Shown here: positions 1 through 13,057 of the stretch, in pieces
How positions within the stretch are numbered: position 1 is the first letter of the stretch
Layout: the number at the start of each line of letters is the position of its first letter
Assembly (NCBI GenBank): GCA_051313645.2
Contig: JBNRSN020000011.1
Location: 96,224,001-96,288,000 of the forward strand
Direction: 5' to 3'
Source of the DNA: Centroscyllium fabricii
Taxonomy: Eukaryota
Length of the DNA stretch: 64,000 bases
The notes under the pieces: generated by a model
Databases searched by the model: none
What the model saw: the letters and a program-made list of their open reading frames with translations, nothing else
What the model was told of the DNA's origin: nothing
Translations under genes and position numbers: made by a program

Positions 1-413
1 CTTCTTGTGGAATTTGCTGCCCGAGAGCGCTGTGGAAGCTACTACTTTGAATAATTTTAAAACAGAGATTGACAGTTTCCTGGAAGTAAAGGGAATTAGG
101 GGTTATGGTGAGCGGGCAGGTAAGTGGACGTGAGGCTAGGTTCAGATCGGCCATGTGATCTCCTGGACCAGTTTTCGATCGCCCAGATGGGTCGGAGAGG
201 AATTTCCCAGATTTTTTCTCCCAAATTGGCTACTGGGTTTTTTATCTGGTTTTTCGCCTCTCCCAGGTGATCACATGGGTTTGGGTGGGGTGGAGAGTTA
301 AAATAAAATTGAGGTTAGGATCAGATCAGCCATGATCTTGTTGAATGGTGGAGCAGGCTCGAGGGGCCGATTGGCCTACTCCTGCTCCTATTTCTTATGT
401 TCTTATGTTCTTA
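1..413 (+). mobile_element. CR1 LINE 3' end with structured 3'UTR insert and (TTCTTATG)n tail
   Basis: End of ORF2 (…LEVKGIRGYGERAGKWT*), conserved tail GGCTCGAGGGGCCGATTGGCCTACTCCTGCTCCT and 8-mer terminal repeats. Confidence 0.9.
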
Positions 414-1480
414 ACCGCCTGCTGCACCTCCATGCTCACCTTCAGCGACTGGTGCACAAGGACACCCAGGTCTCATTGCACTTTCCCTTCTCCCAATCTA
501 TTGCCATTCAGATCATAATCTGCCTTCCTGTTTTTGACAAAGTGGATAACCTTGCATTTATCCACGTTATATTGCATCTGCCATGCTTCTGCCCAATCAC
601 ACAACCTGTCCAAATCATACTGGAGTTTCTCGGCATCCTCCACACAGCACACACGCCCACCCAGCTTTGTGTCATCTGCAAACTTGGAGATATTATATCT
701 AGTTCCCTTGTCCAGATCAATATATATTGTTAATAGCTGGGGACCTAGGACCGATCCCTGCGGTACCCCACTAGTCACTGCCTGCCACTCGGAAAAAGGC
801 TAGTTTATTCCAACTCTTTGCTTTCTGTCTGCCAACCAGTTCTCTATCCCAAGTCAATAACTTGCCCCCAATCCCATGTGCCTTAACTTTACACGCTAAT
901 CTCTTATGCGGGACTGCGGGACCTTATCGAAAGCCTTCTGAAAATCCAAATACACCACATCCACTGGTTCACCCTTATCTATTATACCAGTTACATCCTC
1001 AAAAAATTCCAGTAGATTAGTCAAGCACGATTTACCTTTTGTAAATCCATGTTGACTTTGTCCGATTCTGTCACTGTTTTCTAAGAGCTCTGCTATTACA
1101 TCCTTTATAATGGACTCTAGCATTTTCCCCATTACTCCATTGTCAGGCTTACCGGTCTGTAATTCCCCATTTTCTCTCTACCACCCTTTTTGAATAGTGG
1201 AGCAACATTAGCTACCCTCCAATCCATGGGTACTGTTCCAGAATCTATCGAATTTTGGAAGATGACCAGTAATGCATCTACTATTTCTAGGGCCACTACC
1301 TTAAGTACCCTAGGGTGTAGATTATCAGGCCCTGGGGATTTATCAGCCTTCAATCGCATCAATTTCCCCAACACCATTTCCCTACAAATACTGATTTCTT
1401 TCAGTTCCTCCCTCTCATTAGACCCGATGTTCCCTGACATCTCTGGGAGGTTATATGTGTCCTCCTTTGTGAAGACAGAA
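414..1480 (-). mobile_element. CR1 LINE ORF2 (RT) fragment
   Basis: Translated motifs [60 protein letters not shown], with frameshifts. Confidence 0.92.
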
Positions 1481-1482
1481 CT

Positions 1483-1885
1483 CTTCTACACTCATTGTTG
1501 AACCAGGGTTGGTCCCCTGGCTCGATGGTAATGGTAGAGTGAGGGATATGCCAGGCCATGAGGTTACAGATTGTGGTGGAATACAATTCTGCTGCTGCTG
1601 ATGGCCCACAGCCCCTCATGGATGCCCAGTTTTGAGCTACTAGATCTGTTCTGAATCTATTCCATTTAGCACGGTGGTAGTGCCACACAACACAATGGAG
1701 GGTGTTCAGTGTGAAGACAGGACTTAGTCTCCATAATGACTGTGTGGTGGTCACTGCTGCCAAAGCTGTCATGAACAGATGCATCTGCAACAGGTAGATT
1801 GGTGAGGACGAGGTCAAGTAGGTTTTTCCCTTGTGTTGGTTCACTCACCACCTGTTGCAGGCCCAGACTGGCAGTTATGTCTTTC
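1483..1885 (-). mobile_element. LINE (CR1/L2 group) endonuclease-linker fragment
   Basis: PTQGKNLLDLVLTNLP…SDHHTV and DQPWFNNECRR motifs typical of the APE endonuclease end. Confidence 0.75.
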
Positions 1886-2196
1886 AAGTCTTTTCTAATA
1901 GGCTTTGTATATAGGAGTGTTACATTTGCTGTTAACTTCAGTAGAATCACTTCCACAATACCTAAAGTCTTCTCAAATGCATATCTGGTTCACAGAAATG
2001 TCCCTGCAGTAAAGAGTCAGGACTCAGGCTGAAAGAGCATCAGAAACTACACCTTCAGAAAGCTTCTCTTTGCACACGAGAACCCTGCAACTGGCAAGCA
2101 TACGTGAAACAAATTTTTCCACAGTGCAAACAGACTCTATTACAGTATATGCTCTTGCTATGCCATTTTGCACTGTGGAAAACCAGCACCACATCC

Positions 2197-2797
2197 ATCA
2201 ACAACAACAACAACTTACATTTATAAAGCACCTTTAACATCGTAAAACATCTGAAGGCGCTTCACAGGTGTGTTATAAGACAAAAAAATTGACATCGAGC
2301 CACATAAGGATAAATTAGAGCAGATGACCAAAACCTTGGTCAAAGAGGTAGGTTTTAAAGGAGCGTCTTAAAAGGAGGAAAGAGAGGTAGAGAGGCGGAG
2401 AGATTTAAGCAGGAAATTCCAGAGCTTAGGGCCGAGGTAACAGAAGGCACGGCTGCCGATGGTTGAGCAATTATAAAATCGGGGATGCTCAAGAGGGCAG
2501 AATTAGAGGAGCGCAGATATCCCGGGGGGTTGTGGGGCTGAAGGAGATTAGAGATAGGGAGGGGCGAGGCCATGGAGGAATTTGAAAACAAGAATGAGAA
2601 TTTTGAAATCGAGGCGTTGCTTAACCGGGAGCCCATGTAGGTCAGCGAGCACAGGGGTGATGGGTGAACGGGATTTGGTGCAAGTTAAGACACAGGCAGC
2701 CGAGTTTTGGAGGACCTCAAGTTTACATAGGGCAGGTTGTGGGAGGCCAGCCAGGCGTGCGTTGGAATAGTCAAGTCTAGAGTAACAAAGGCATGTC
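2197..2797 (-). mobile_element. L2-type LINE 3' end
   Basis: SRLDYSNA…LQNSAACVLT…ITPVLADLH…KQRLDFKILILVFK translation and a (CAA)n tail. Confidence 0.85.
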
Positions 2798-2804
2798 TTG
2801 ATAC

Positions 2805-3180
2805 TATGCACCCTAGAATGCTGGCGGAAGTCAGAAAGGAGAAAGCAAAGCCTCTCAATGTTTCAATCGTTTAGATGTACAACTTATGCCAGGGGACTGG
2901 AGGATAGCCAATGTCACACCTCTGTTCAAGAAAGAAGAATAAACCAGATAACTATAGATCGTTAATCTATCATTTGTGGGCATACATTCATAAATTGAGA
3001 TCAAATTATTGAGCATTTAGACCTGCATGGAATAATCAGTGTGTATTTTTTTTTTTTTTTTTTTATATATAAAAGGTGAAGCAAGCATTCAGGTCATAGA
3101 CAGGTTAGTAGAGTGGGCAAACTGGTGGCATATACAATTTAATGCAGAGATTCGAAAAACAAGGAATGAAGGAACAGAGA
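2805..3180 (+). mobile_element. Decayed CR1 fragments
   Basis: Remnants of HPRML, DWRIANVTPLFKK and EWANWW motifs. Confidence 0.6.
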
Positions 3181-3183
3181 CCT

Positions 3184-4560
3184 AGGACTGGATTTTACCA
3201 ACCTCGGCGGGTCCGGGATGGGCAGCGTCTTTGGCGAGTCCCGACCCCGCAGCTGTGTCAATCTGGGCATCCGACATGAATTTACGATGATTGGGCAGGT
3301 TAAGCCCGCCCTGCGAGGTACCCGGCCAATTAGAAGGAAGTGGGTCTGATGAGGTCATCTGATGACATGTCGTGCTGTCAGTGTTCTGCACTGCACAAAA
3401 GGTGCACAGCTGCACTCAGGCTCTCCCATTACTCCCTCTATATGCTTATGGAGGGTGTTACAGCACGTGGGGAGGTTCTCTTCCCTTCCAATGGGCAGAA
3501 GAGACCTCCCCAGGAGATCAACGCAGCCTGGTTGCACATTGCACAGGAGGGCGCAAGTAGGGATGTTGTCAGGAGGACCAGGCTGCAGCAGCATAAACCT
3601 TTCAATGATCTCAGATGATCACAAAACGTTACTGCAAAGCCACACTTGGCCTCACCCTGCTGTGCCACTCATCACAACACCTTCACTCTGCCTTCCCTAC
3701 CCTACTCTTGCACATCTTTACTCACACCAACTTGCCTGCACCTCCACCCATTCCCCTACATTATCACTTCTCCATCTCACTAGCCACCCATCTCACTCAC
3801 CCTTGCCCAAATCATACCAACTAACACACAAGGGTAGGCAGTTGGGTGTTATTGCCAGTGTTCATGTAAAGTTTCTCAATATGTTATCAAACATTGAGAT
3901 CTTTATTTTCAACACTTTGCGTTCTTTGACAGAGCTGTGCACCCCTTTGGAAGTGGCTTAGTGAGCTGCAGTGAATGGTGAAACATAATGGTACCACCCC
4001 CCCCCCCCACCCACAATGGTGATGAGTGTGAAAGGAATGGCTTGAGCATTGTAGGGATGCTTTATGGTGTTGGTGTGGGGTGGTGCCAAACTGGTGCATC
4101 ATGTGGCAGCCAAGGTGTACAGCATCAAGTGAAGCAAATCTGGCCACGGTAAGGCCACCCCTGGCCTCCCGGACAGCAATGTGCTCGGGTGCTGATGCCC
4201 TGTGCAGCATCAGGTGATTGCGGAGAAGGTTGGTGCTGCTGGTGTGCCTGGTGGTGTTGGTGTTGGGGCTGATCGTAGTAGGATTCTGAGAACCAAGGTG
4301 AGATTTTTTCAAGGGCACCGATGCTGATGAAATTGATGGCAGCTGAAGTTAAGATGACAGAAACGATCTGTCAATGGTGAGAGGTTGCTCCAAGGAGGTG
4401 ACACTGGATCGAGAGAATACTCCAAACCTCCATAAAGCTGACAAATGTATTCCAAATCCTGAAGGCTCCAGCTTCCAAGATTGGAGATTAAACAGCTGTG
4501 AAATGGTAGCTTTTATACCACTTTTGCAGCTGTCAACAATTCACAGCAATGGAGTCAGAG
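3184..4560 (+). mobile_element. PIF/Harbinger-derived element with decayed Myb/SANT-like ORF (about 3400-3615)
   Basis: LMEGVTARGEVLFP…AAWLHIAQE…RRTRLQQHKPFNDL resembles the Harbinger Myb-like protein; GGACTGGATTTT terminus. Confidence 0.65.
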
Positions 4561-4821
4561 CACCTCACACTTGCATAGAGTCAGAGTCATAGGCCGAAAA
4601 ATTGGTCAGCGCACATTTTGGGGCGCTAACCTCGGCGCAGCGCTAAAATTAGCACCGGAGCCCCCGATATCCGCTTTAGCGCCGGCCTTGCAGATTGCAG
4701 CACTAAATCAAGCGTTGCATGGGTGAAAACGGCCAATATTCAGGCGCTAATAGGCCACTTCTGGCCTTCCAAGCAAAGCCGGGGCCGGTCAGCTCTTAAC
4801 GTGGGAGGGAAAACAGTATAT

Positions 4822-5205
4822 GATGCTGCCCCAGAGAGCTGTGGAAGCTACTACATTGAATACATTTAAAACAGAGATAGACAGTTTCCTGGAAGTAAAG
4901 GGAATTAGGGGTTATGGTGAGCGGGCAGGTCAGTGGACGTGAGGCTAGGTTCAGATTGGCCATGTGATCTCCTGGACCAGTTTTCGATCGCCTAGATGGG
5001 TCGGAAAGGAATTTCCCAGATTTTTTCTCCCAAATTGGCCACTGGGTTTTTTATCTGGTTTTTCGCCTCTCCCGGGTGATCACATGGGTTTGGGCGGGAT
5101 GGAGAGCAAAAATAAAATTGAGGTTAGGATCAGATCAGCCATGATCTTGTTGAATGGCGGAGCGGGCTCGAGGGGCCGATTGGCCTACTCCTGCTCCTAT
5201 TTCCT
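4822..5205 (+). mobile_element. CR1 3' end (same subfamily as 1-413)
   Basis: Near-identical to 25-395. Confidence 0.9.
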
Positions 5206-5345
5206 CTGCATCTCTCTGCATCTCTCTGCATCTCTCTGCATCTCTCTGCATCTCTCTGCATCTCTCCTCACCTGCCTCTCTCTCCTCCCTCTGTCTGTGA
5301 TCTCCCCTCACCTCCCTCTGTATCGCTCGTAACATCTCTCCGTCT
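5203..5345. repeat. (CATCTCTCTG)n and CT-rich low-complexity tract
   Basis: About six 10-bp units followed by degenerate CT repeats. Confidence 0.9.
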
Positions 5346-5849
5346 GTCACAGATCTCTCACAAAATGGCCACCACACAAAAGGGAGGATATAGAACATAG
5401 AACATACAGCACTGTACAGGCCCTTGGGCCCTCAATGTAGTGCCGCCCTTAGTCCATCTCTGATTTTTCCTATCCCCCTACTGTTCCTTCCCCTCCATGT
5501 ACCTGTCTATCATCCTTTTAAAAGCACCCAGACTGTCCGCATCCACTATTTCAGATGGTGTGTCCCTTTAAAGAACGCCCCAGCGGCCCTACATCACCTC
5601 AGCTGCGTTTGTGAAAGCTGGCATTGGCAGTGCTGGGCGTTAGTTAAGCGGCCGCTCGTCAATTTCGGGTGCAGCCCTGGGGGCGGACGTTGCACCAGGA
5701 TATCAGCAGTGATTCAGGTGCGCCAAGTAGCACGCGCTAACAGTTAGCACCGGCGCTAATCGCTTGACGAATTTTGGGTGCGGCGCAAAATTTGCAGCGC
5801 CCATTTTCAGGCGCTAATTGATTGGCATTATAGTGCCAATTTTTCGGCC

Positions 5850-6375
5850 ATAGAATCATGCAGCACAGAAAGAGACCCTTCGGCCCATCGTGTCGGTGCC
5901 GGCCATCAAGCCATCTATTCTAATCCCATTTTCCAGCACTTGGTCCGCAGCCTTGTATGCTATGGCGTTTCAAGTGCTCATCTAAATGCTTCTTGAATGC
6001 TGTGAGGGTTTCCTGCCTCTACCACCCTTTCGGGCAGTGAGTTCCAGATTCCAACCACCCTCTGGGTGAAAAAGTTCTTCCTCCAGTCCCCTCACCTTGA
6101 AACTATACCCAGTGGTTAGTGAACCCTCCAAGGGGAAAAGTTCCTTTCTATCTACCTCATCTATGCCCCTCATAATTTTGTACGCCTCAATCAGGTCTCC
6201 CCTCAGCCTTCTCTGCTCTAAGGAAAACAACCCCAGCCTTTCCAGTCTCTCTTCATAGCTGAAGCACTCCAGCCCAGTTAACATCCTAGTTAATCTCCTC
6301 TGCACCCTCTCCAATGCAATCACATCCTTCCTACAGTGTGTCAACCAAAACTGCACACATTATTCCAGCTGTGGC
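5850..6375 (-). mobile_element. CR1 3' fragment
   Basis: ALERVQRRLTRM…SYEERLERLGLFSLEQRRLRGDLIE. Confidence 0.9.
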
Positions 6376-6606
6376 TAGGCCCCAGGCCCAGAGTTCGGAG
6401 CTCGGGGAGAGCCGGAGGGTGCTGGACTAGGCCCCAGGCCCGGGGTTCAGGGGAGCCGGAGGGTGCTGGGCTAGGTCCCAGGCCCAGAGTTCGGAGCTCG
6501 GGGGAGCCGGAGGGTGCTGGACTAGACTGTTGTGCGGTGCGTTCGGATAGCAGTAAGCATTTCACTGTCTAGATTGTATTTAGTACATGTGACAATAAAC
6601 TTGAAC
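6376..6606 (+). mobile_element. Short non-autonomous retroelement with GC-rich tandem repeats and TGACAATAAA tail
   Basis: Three 40-50 bp GC-rich repeats, then GCATTTCACTGT…GTGACAATAAACTTGAAC. Confidence 0.5.
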
Positions 6607-7446
6607 AAGGAATTTAAATCAGTTCACATCCAAACCAAAGGGGGCAGACTTTATGATTTAGTGTGGGACTTGGTACATTGCGAAACCAGCTGGAGAGATC
6701 AATAAAGAATAATATGGGACACACAGATTCCCGTATCCAAATTCCCAATAAACACCCCAGCATGCAAAATGCAACACCAGGAATTCTAATTCAGAACATT
6801 TACCTCAATTTCTCACTCAACAACACTATTCTCCACAAATATTGGGTTCCACACCATCAATGCACATAGAACATAAAAAATATGAACAGGAGAACATAAA
6901 AAATATGAACAGGAGTAAACCATACGGCCCCTTGAGCCTGCTCCATCATTCAATGAGAACATGGCTGAACTTTTACATCAACTCCACTTTCCCACCCTAT
7001 CCCCATATCCCTCAAGTCCCTTAGTGCTCAAAAATCTAGCAATCACAGTCTTGAATATACTCAACAACTGAGCATCCACACCCTCTGAGGTAGAGAATTA
7101 CAAAGATTCACAAACCTCTGAAGAAATTTCCTCAGTCCAAAACAGCCAACCCCTTATCCGGAGACAATGATCCCTAGTTCTAGACTCTCCAGCTGGGGGG
7201 TGGGGGGGGTGGGGGGGGGGGGGGGGGGGGGGGGAGAACAGCCTGTCAGCATCGACTGTATCAAGTCCTCTAAGAATTTTATACATTTCAATGAGATCAC
7301 CTCTCATTCTTCTAAACTACAGAGAATATAGGCCCATTCTACTCAACCTCTCCTCATAGGACAACCTCTCAACCCAAGAATCAATTCAGTAAACCCCCAT
7401 TGCACCCCCTCTAAGGCAAGTATATCCTTCCTTGGGTAAAGAGACC

Positions 7447-8218
7447 GAGGGGGGGATTTTCATCTCCCCGTGAGATGTGGTTTTCGACAGGTCAGCCGGC
7501 AAAATAGCGGAACCGGTGGGTCACGACCCCCCCCACCCCTTGCCGGATCCCCGCCCGCCGTTTTAACTTTTTCCCCCGCCCTGGTTCCCCACCCCGAACG
7601 GTTCCTACCTGTGGGGATGAGTTGTCAGCTCATTAAGGGCCCTTGTGTAATGCCATTTTAAGGGCCCCGAGCCATTTTCACCCCCTTCCCACCCAAACCC
7701 CGCCATCCTAAAAGCCCGCTGGTGAAAACCCAGCAGGAGCACAGTGATGTTCATAACTTTCTCCTTCAATGTGAAGGACCTGCAGCAAAATGCTTTGCTC
7801 GCCTTCAACACCATGGAGGAGTAAGTCACTCCATTGTGTGAACACCAGCTGTGCCCAAAAACTCAAATCTACCCTTTGCAGACAGTTGCTAGCTTGCTGT
7901 CAAAGAATCGGTTCCCACCCGCCCACCTGTCAGTCACTTGGCCTTTCCCATTGGGTACACTTCACTGTGATGTCACAGTGGAGTGTTGCCATGGGAACTG
8001 TCAACAACCAGTGCTGGAACTGTCTGTCAAAATGCTTGCAGCCCGCTGGAGCGCCGGCTCGAGTCAATTACCAGTGGCTCCCCCACGCTGGGATTTAATT
8101 GCTCAATTAAATGAAAATTGCATGGGGTTCCCAGGACCTTGGCCAGGCGGGACAGGAACCCGCCCTGACCAATCCCCGCCAGGTTGCCGCACTTCCGGCA
8201 AACCACCACCCCCCCCCC
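7447..8218. mobile_element. Decayed GGG-terminal DNA transposon inserted in CR1
   Basis: Interrupts CR1 between GAGACC and AAAATTC; GC-rich ends. Confidence 0.5.
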
Positions 8219-8436
8219 AAAATTCTACAGAGTACGCCAGGTGTGGTCTCACCAAAGCCTTATATAATTGCAGCAAGACTTCCTTACTCTTATGCTGGAA
8301 ACCCCTTGCAATAAAGGCCAATATACCATGTGCCTTCCTAATCACTTGCAGGTTAACTTTTTGATTCATGTACACAGACACCCATATCCCTCTGAATCCT
8401 GATATTTACAAGTCTCTCACCTTTTAAAAAAGTAAT

Positions 8437-9686
8437 GGCCCTGAATTTGAAGTGGGTAATAACAGCGAACAAGCACGGTTTGCTGTTATTACCCCTTTGA
8501 AACTGACCGTAACTTCAAGGTGTCGTGCATGCGCATCCTAATGCAGAAATCCTGAAGTTACGGCCAGTAATTCATTACGCAGCTGTGCTGTGCCCCCCTG
8601 CGACAATCAGTCTAATCTGTCAAATCGCGGACACTGATGAAAACTTCAGCTCTTCCGCAGTAATACCGCTGTTAAATTCCCCACTACAAGTTAGACCCCG
8701 GGTCTTAACAGCGTATTGACTGCTAAACAAAGGTTATGGCTTTGAAAAACTAATTTTAATTTTATCGTGTCAAATTTATCCATTAATATATAAAACATTT
8801 TTTTTTTTTTTTAAAGTTTGTTCATTTTTATTTCAGGTTTGCCTTTTCCCCACGAGAGCACCCCAATTTTTGTTTTGCTCTCTAGCATTTTTAAAAAGTT
8901 AGAATATTAGGAGCTTACTCACTTCCTGGTTCGCTGTGAGAATTCTGTGTTTTGATTGGCTGCTTTAAAAAAAAAATTATGGGATGTGGACGTCACTGGC
9001 ATGGCCAGCATTTATTGCCAATTCCGAATTGCCCTTGAGAAGGTGGTGTTGGTGAGCCGCATTCTTGATCCACTGCAGTCCGTGTGTGAAGGTACTCCCA
9101 CAGTGCTGTTAGGTAGGGAGTTCCAGGATTTTGACCCAGCAACGATGATGGATATACTGCTAAGTCTGGATGGTGTGCGACTTGGAGGGGAACTTGCAGG
9201 TGGTGGTGTTCCTATGCGCCCGCTACCCTTGTTCTTCTAGGTGGAAGAGGTTGTGGGTTTGGGAGGTGCTGCCAAAGCCTTGACTATTTGCTACAGTGCA
9301 TCTTGTAGAGGGTACACTGTACCCTCGGCACGCTGGTGGTGGAGGGGGTGAATGTTTAAGGTGGTGGATGTGGTGTCAATCAAGCGGGCTGCTTTGTCCT
9401 GGATGGTGTAGAGCTTCTTGAGTGTTGTTGGAGCTGCACTCATCCAGGCAAGTGGAGAGTATTCCATCACACTCCTTACTTGTGCCTTGTAGATGCACTT
9501 AGACAGCTTGTTGACATCACAGCAGCTCTTCACTGGGAATCCTCATTAACTTGCAGTGATTTCAATTACATGTTGGAAAAGCTGAACTTCTTGCCGTCGA
9601 GATTGCGAGATCTTTGTGGGAAGCTTACTTCAAAGCCAGCAAGCAGAGAACACCTTTGCTTCGCTGTGGACTACAAATTACAGGCC
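8437..9686. mobile_element. Non-autonomous TIR element (ISL2EU/Harbinger-like) with AT target duplication
   Basis: GGCCCTGAATTTG…CAAATTACAGGCC flanked by AT/AT, interrupting CR1. Confidence 0.7.
8977..9500 (-). mobile_element. LINE 3' region (CR1/L2 group) nested in the TIR element
   Basis: IYKAQVRSVMEYSPLAWMSAAPTTLKKL…QDKAARLI. Confidence 0.75.
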
Positions 9687-9882
9687 ATTCTGCTTTTCCA
9701 TTCTTCCTACCAAAGTGGATAATTTTGCACTACCCCACATTATATTCCATCTGCCACCTTCTTGCCCAATCACTTAACTAGTCTATATCTCCATGCAGCC
9801 TCTTTACGTCCTCCTCACAGCTTACTTTCCCACCTAGCTTTGTACCAGCAAACTTGGATACATTACACTTGGTCCCCTCATC

Positions 9883-10899
9883 TAAGTAAGTAAGTAAATT
9901 TTATTGTCGCGTAAATGAACACAAATTCAGATAGTGAAATGCCTACTGCTATTCCACGTGCTACATAACAACTAACAACACAGAACACTAGATACATAGC
10001 ACGCCCGGAACCCGCAAGACGTCAAGCCATTCTCCGGCGCCATCGTTGAGGGTCCACTTGAGTTCGATGTTATCAACTTTCATCCATATCGATAACGATA
10101 ACTGCTGATTCGAGGTCTTCGATGTTTACGGGAGTGAAAAACTAGACGCCCGATGACCAACCATCGGCACGAGGACAGACCCCAACTAAAAACTCCGGAT
10201 CGCCAAGCCTCTGCATCTCGGGAGTGAAGAAACGGAGGACACACGCTGACTCACGGCCCGAGACAGGCCCGACGAAACTTCGAGCCCCCGCACCTCGGGA
10301 GTGAAGAGACTGAGGCCCGACCCGCGGCCCGACGAACTCCGAGCTCCCGCACCACGGGAGTGAAGAAACGGAGGCCCGACGAACTCCGAGCTCCCGCCCA
10401 CGGGAGTGAAGAGGCTGAGGCCCGACCACGGCCCGACGAACTCCGAGCTCCCGTACCACGGGAGTGAAGAGGCGGAGGCCCGACCACGGCCCGACGAACT
10501 CCGAGCTCCCGCACCTCGGGAGTGAAGAGGCTGAGGCCCGACCCGCGGCCCGACGAACTCCGAGCTCCCGCACCACTGGAGTGAAGAAGCGGAGGCCCGA
10601 CCACAGCCTGACGAAACTCCGAGCTCCCGCCCACGGGAGTGAAGAAACGGAGGCCTGACCATGGCCCGACGAACTCCGAGCTCCTAACGGCAGGACCAAC
10701 GAGATTTTCTCCCGAAAACATCGAAGACAAAAAAACGTTATCTAAATTTAAACTCAAAACATTGGCCAAACTCTCAGCTGACTTTCCCAAGGGCCAATGT
10801 TTTAAATTTAAATTCAAAAATGAGGTATAACATTATTTTAAATCAGTTCTCGAACAGCGCGCCATCACAACGACCTCCCCAGCCGGAGATCAGCGCCCC
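9883..10899 (-). mobile_element. Non-autonomous retroelement with internal ~58-bp GC-rich minisatellite (about 10200-10685)
   Basis: Minus-strand tail GCATTTCACTAT…GACAATAAAATTTACTTACTTAC; inserted into CR1; about 8 units containing CCCGACGAACTCCGAGCTCCCG. Confidence 0.6.
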
Positions 10900-12519
10900 C
10901 AAAGCCATTGATACAGATTGGAAATAGCCACGGTCTAAGCACTGATCCTTGCTGCACCCAACTAGTTACACCCTACCATCCTGAAAATGACTACTTTATT
11001 CCACTCCTTCCTGAAAATGACCACTTTATTCCTGTCTGTTAACCAATCCTCAATCCACACTAATAGATCATCTCTGAGCAGATCAAACTTCTGCTTGGTA
11101 GCCCAATAACAGAACCAGGTCCTGGTGTTGCTGCCTAAAGCTTAGTAGAACAAACAAATTTGCAGTAATTCAAGTGTAGATACTAAAATAAATTAATGTA
11201 CTAAAAAGAACCCAATTAACTTACTAGCTTTGGAAATTTATATTAGTTGCTAAAAAATGTTTGAAGAGCTCTGTAGCTTTAAAATACTGACTGCAATGAA
11301 AGTGTCTTTTTTCGGTTAGCATTTAGGCTCAGTTATTTTTCTTCTAAGCCAAGTCTTTGAATTCTCAAATTCAGATATATTTGAGAGACGCAGGTGGTGC
11401 AATAAATCTGCTTTCATTTTGTATTTGACCTTCAGCACAGCTATCGGAAAGCTAACAGTCTCTTGCTGCTGGGCAAGCAATAAATGTCAACTAGATGTAG
11501 TTGAGAAGCCTTTGTGGAAACAACTACTGGCAGTAATTCCCCCTTATGAGCTACAAGTGTTCTAATTAGCATATCCACTCGTAGCATAGTTTGACATTTC
11601 CAAAGTCCATTAACTATCTATTTGTACGGTTTGCTCATTATACTTTTGTGATAAATTGATGCTGAAAGAGACACCTTAAATAGCTTTCAGAAATGTCAAG
11701 TAACCCGCTCTTGCTAAAAATGCATTATTGGTATTTGGTTTGCTTTGTAGCTTAAAATGGCTTTAAACAGTGACAATTTTAAGAGGTTGGGGCAAGAAAT
11801 AATATTGTGTCCTCTTATAATTATGAGGAATGAAATCATTGCTTTTGTAAGCATATCAAAAGAAGTTTGATTTATGCCATTCAAGGCCAAGGTTTATCTG
11901 CTTTACAGAAGTCATTAATTTTTCTACAAATAACAAATACATTTCATTTTTAAAGTGTACTTCAGGAGATAAGGCAATTTATTTTAGGTAGGTTTGGATT
12001 TTTAAACTAATATTCTGATACAAATTCAACATTGATAGTATTTGGGTTCATAAAAAAATTCAGCTATGCAATGCATTTTAAAACTGAAATACCATACCAG
12101 ATATTCCAGGTTTCAAATACTAGACTTGTGGTTTTACAATATCACTGGCATTAATAGAAATTCTCATTGGTGACGTCATCTAGATTTCTGATTGTTTGCC
12201 TATTAACTATTTCCAATCCAAATTTAAGTTGCTAATTGCCATGAATTCAGGATATGACAAATAATGAAAACGTCCCTGAAGATTGGATAGAGATATAATA
12301 CTGTCACTGCAGTCATGTACAGTAAGTCACCAATTAGTTATTAACTTAAGGTAATACAGAAGTAAATCAATTAATCTTGTGCCATTGAAAAAAAAAATCC
12401 TATCCATTAGAACATACAAATGCATCGAACAAACAAAGATCATTAGATCCAGCAAGTTTGCTCTTTCTACTGATCATGTGCAACTTTCTTCATCCATTCA
12501 ATTCAGAGGTAAAGTGCTA

Positions 12520-13057
12520 CAGGAAACCCTTGTTTAAACGGCACCTAAATATCCGGAATTTTCTATTAACCGGCAAAATTCATACTCCGAAAACAACACC
12601 TCAATAAATTGGAAATGTCGACGAGCTAGAGTCTCCCACGGTATCCGAGTTAGTCAGTGGGGGTAGTTCTCCAAACTGCCACTACTCAGCTTCTTGGCGC
12701 TGTCAGGAGTCCAAACACCTCAATAACAGGAGTCTGACTCTCCAGCGCTGCCGGTAGTCTCTTCCGATCAGCCATTTTTCTGTTTACTGTGCAAGTTTTT
12801 TTTTACTGTTAAATAATTAAAGAATTATGGATTATCCTCAACTGGCAGTACTGTACTTATTCAAGCATCTTCCACCATCCATTTTTAACACAACATTCTG
12901 TAGGTGAGTACCCAATTACAGTATACTGCACATTTCTTGATTATTTTATTTTTCTTTGTTAAAAATAGCCTCGGCAGATAACCCCCTCAGCCATCCAGAA
13001 TTTTTAATCAACCGGCTCCATCCCGGTCCCGTCGGTGCCGGATACCAGAGTTTCCTG
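12520..13057. mobile_element. Tigger/pogo-like MITE (older family)
   Basis: TA|CAGGAAAC…GGCACC and GGTGCC…GTTTCCTG|TA termini. Confidence 0.7.

Larger units (their letters stand above)
4592..5849. mobile_element. Non-autonomous Harbinger/ISL2EU-like TIR element containing a nested CR1 tail
   Basis: TIR GGCCGAAAAATTGG…CCAATTTTTCGGCC, flanked by ATA on both sides; repeated GGCGCTAA subterminal motifs. Confidence 0.8.
6866..11070 (-). mobile_element. CR1 LINE split by nested insertions (pieces about 6866-7446, 8219-8436, 9687-9885, 10900-11070)
   Basis: Colinear ORF2 fragments (MRGDLIE…, YKALVRPHL…, KFA…, SGV…) resume on either side of each insertion. Confidence 0.8.

Noticed and set aside
10142-10817. 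Regular ~58-bp repeats as a CRISPR array or repeat protein
   Set aside because: Eukaryotic context and no unique spacers; ordinary minisatellite.
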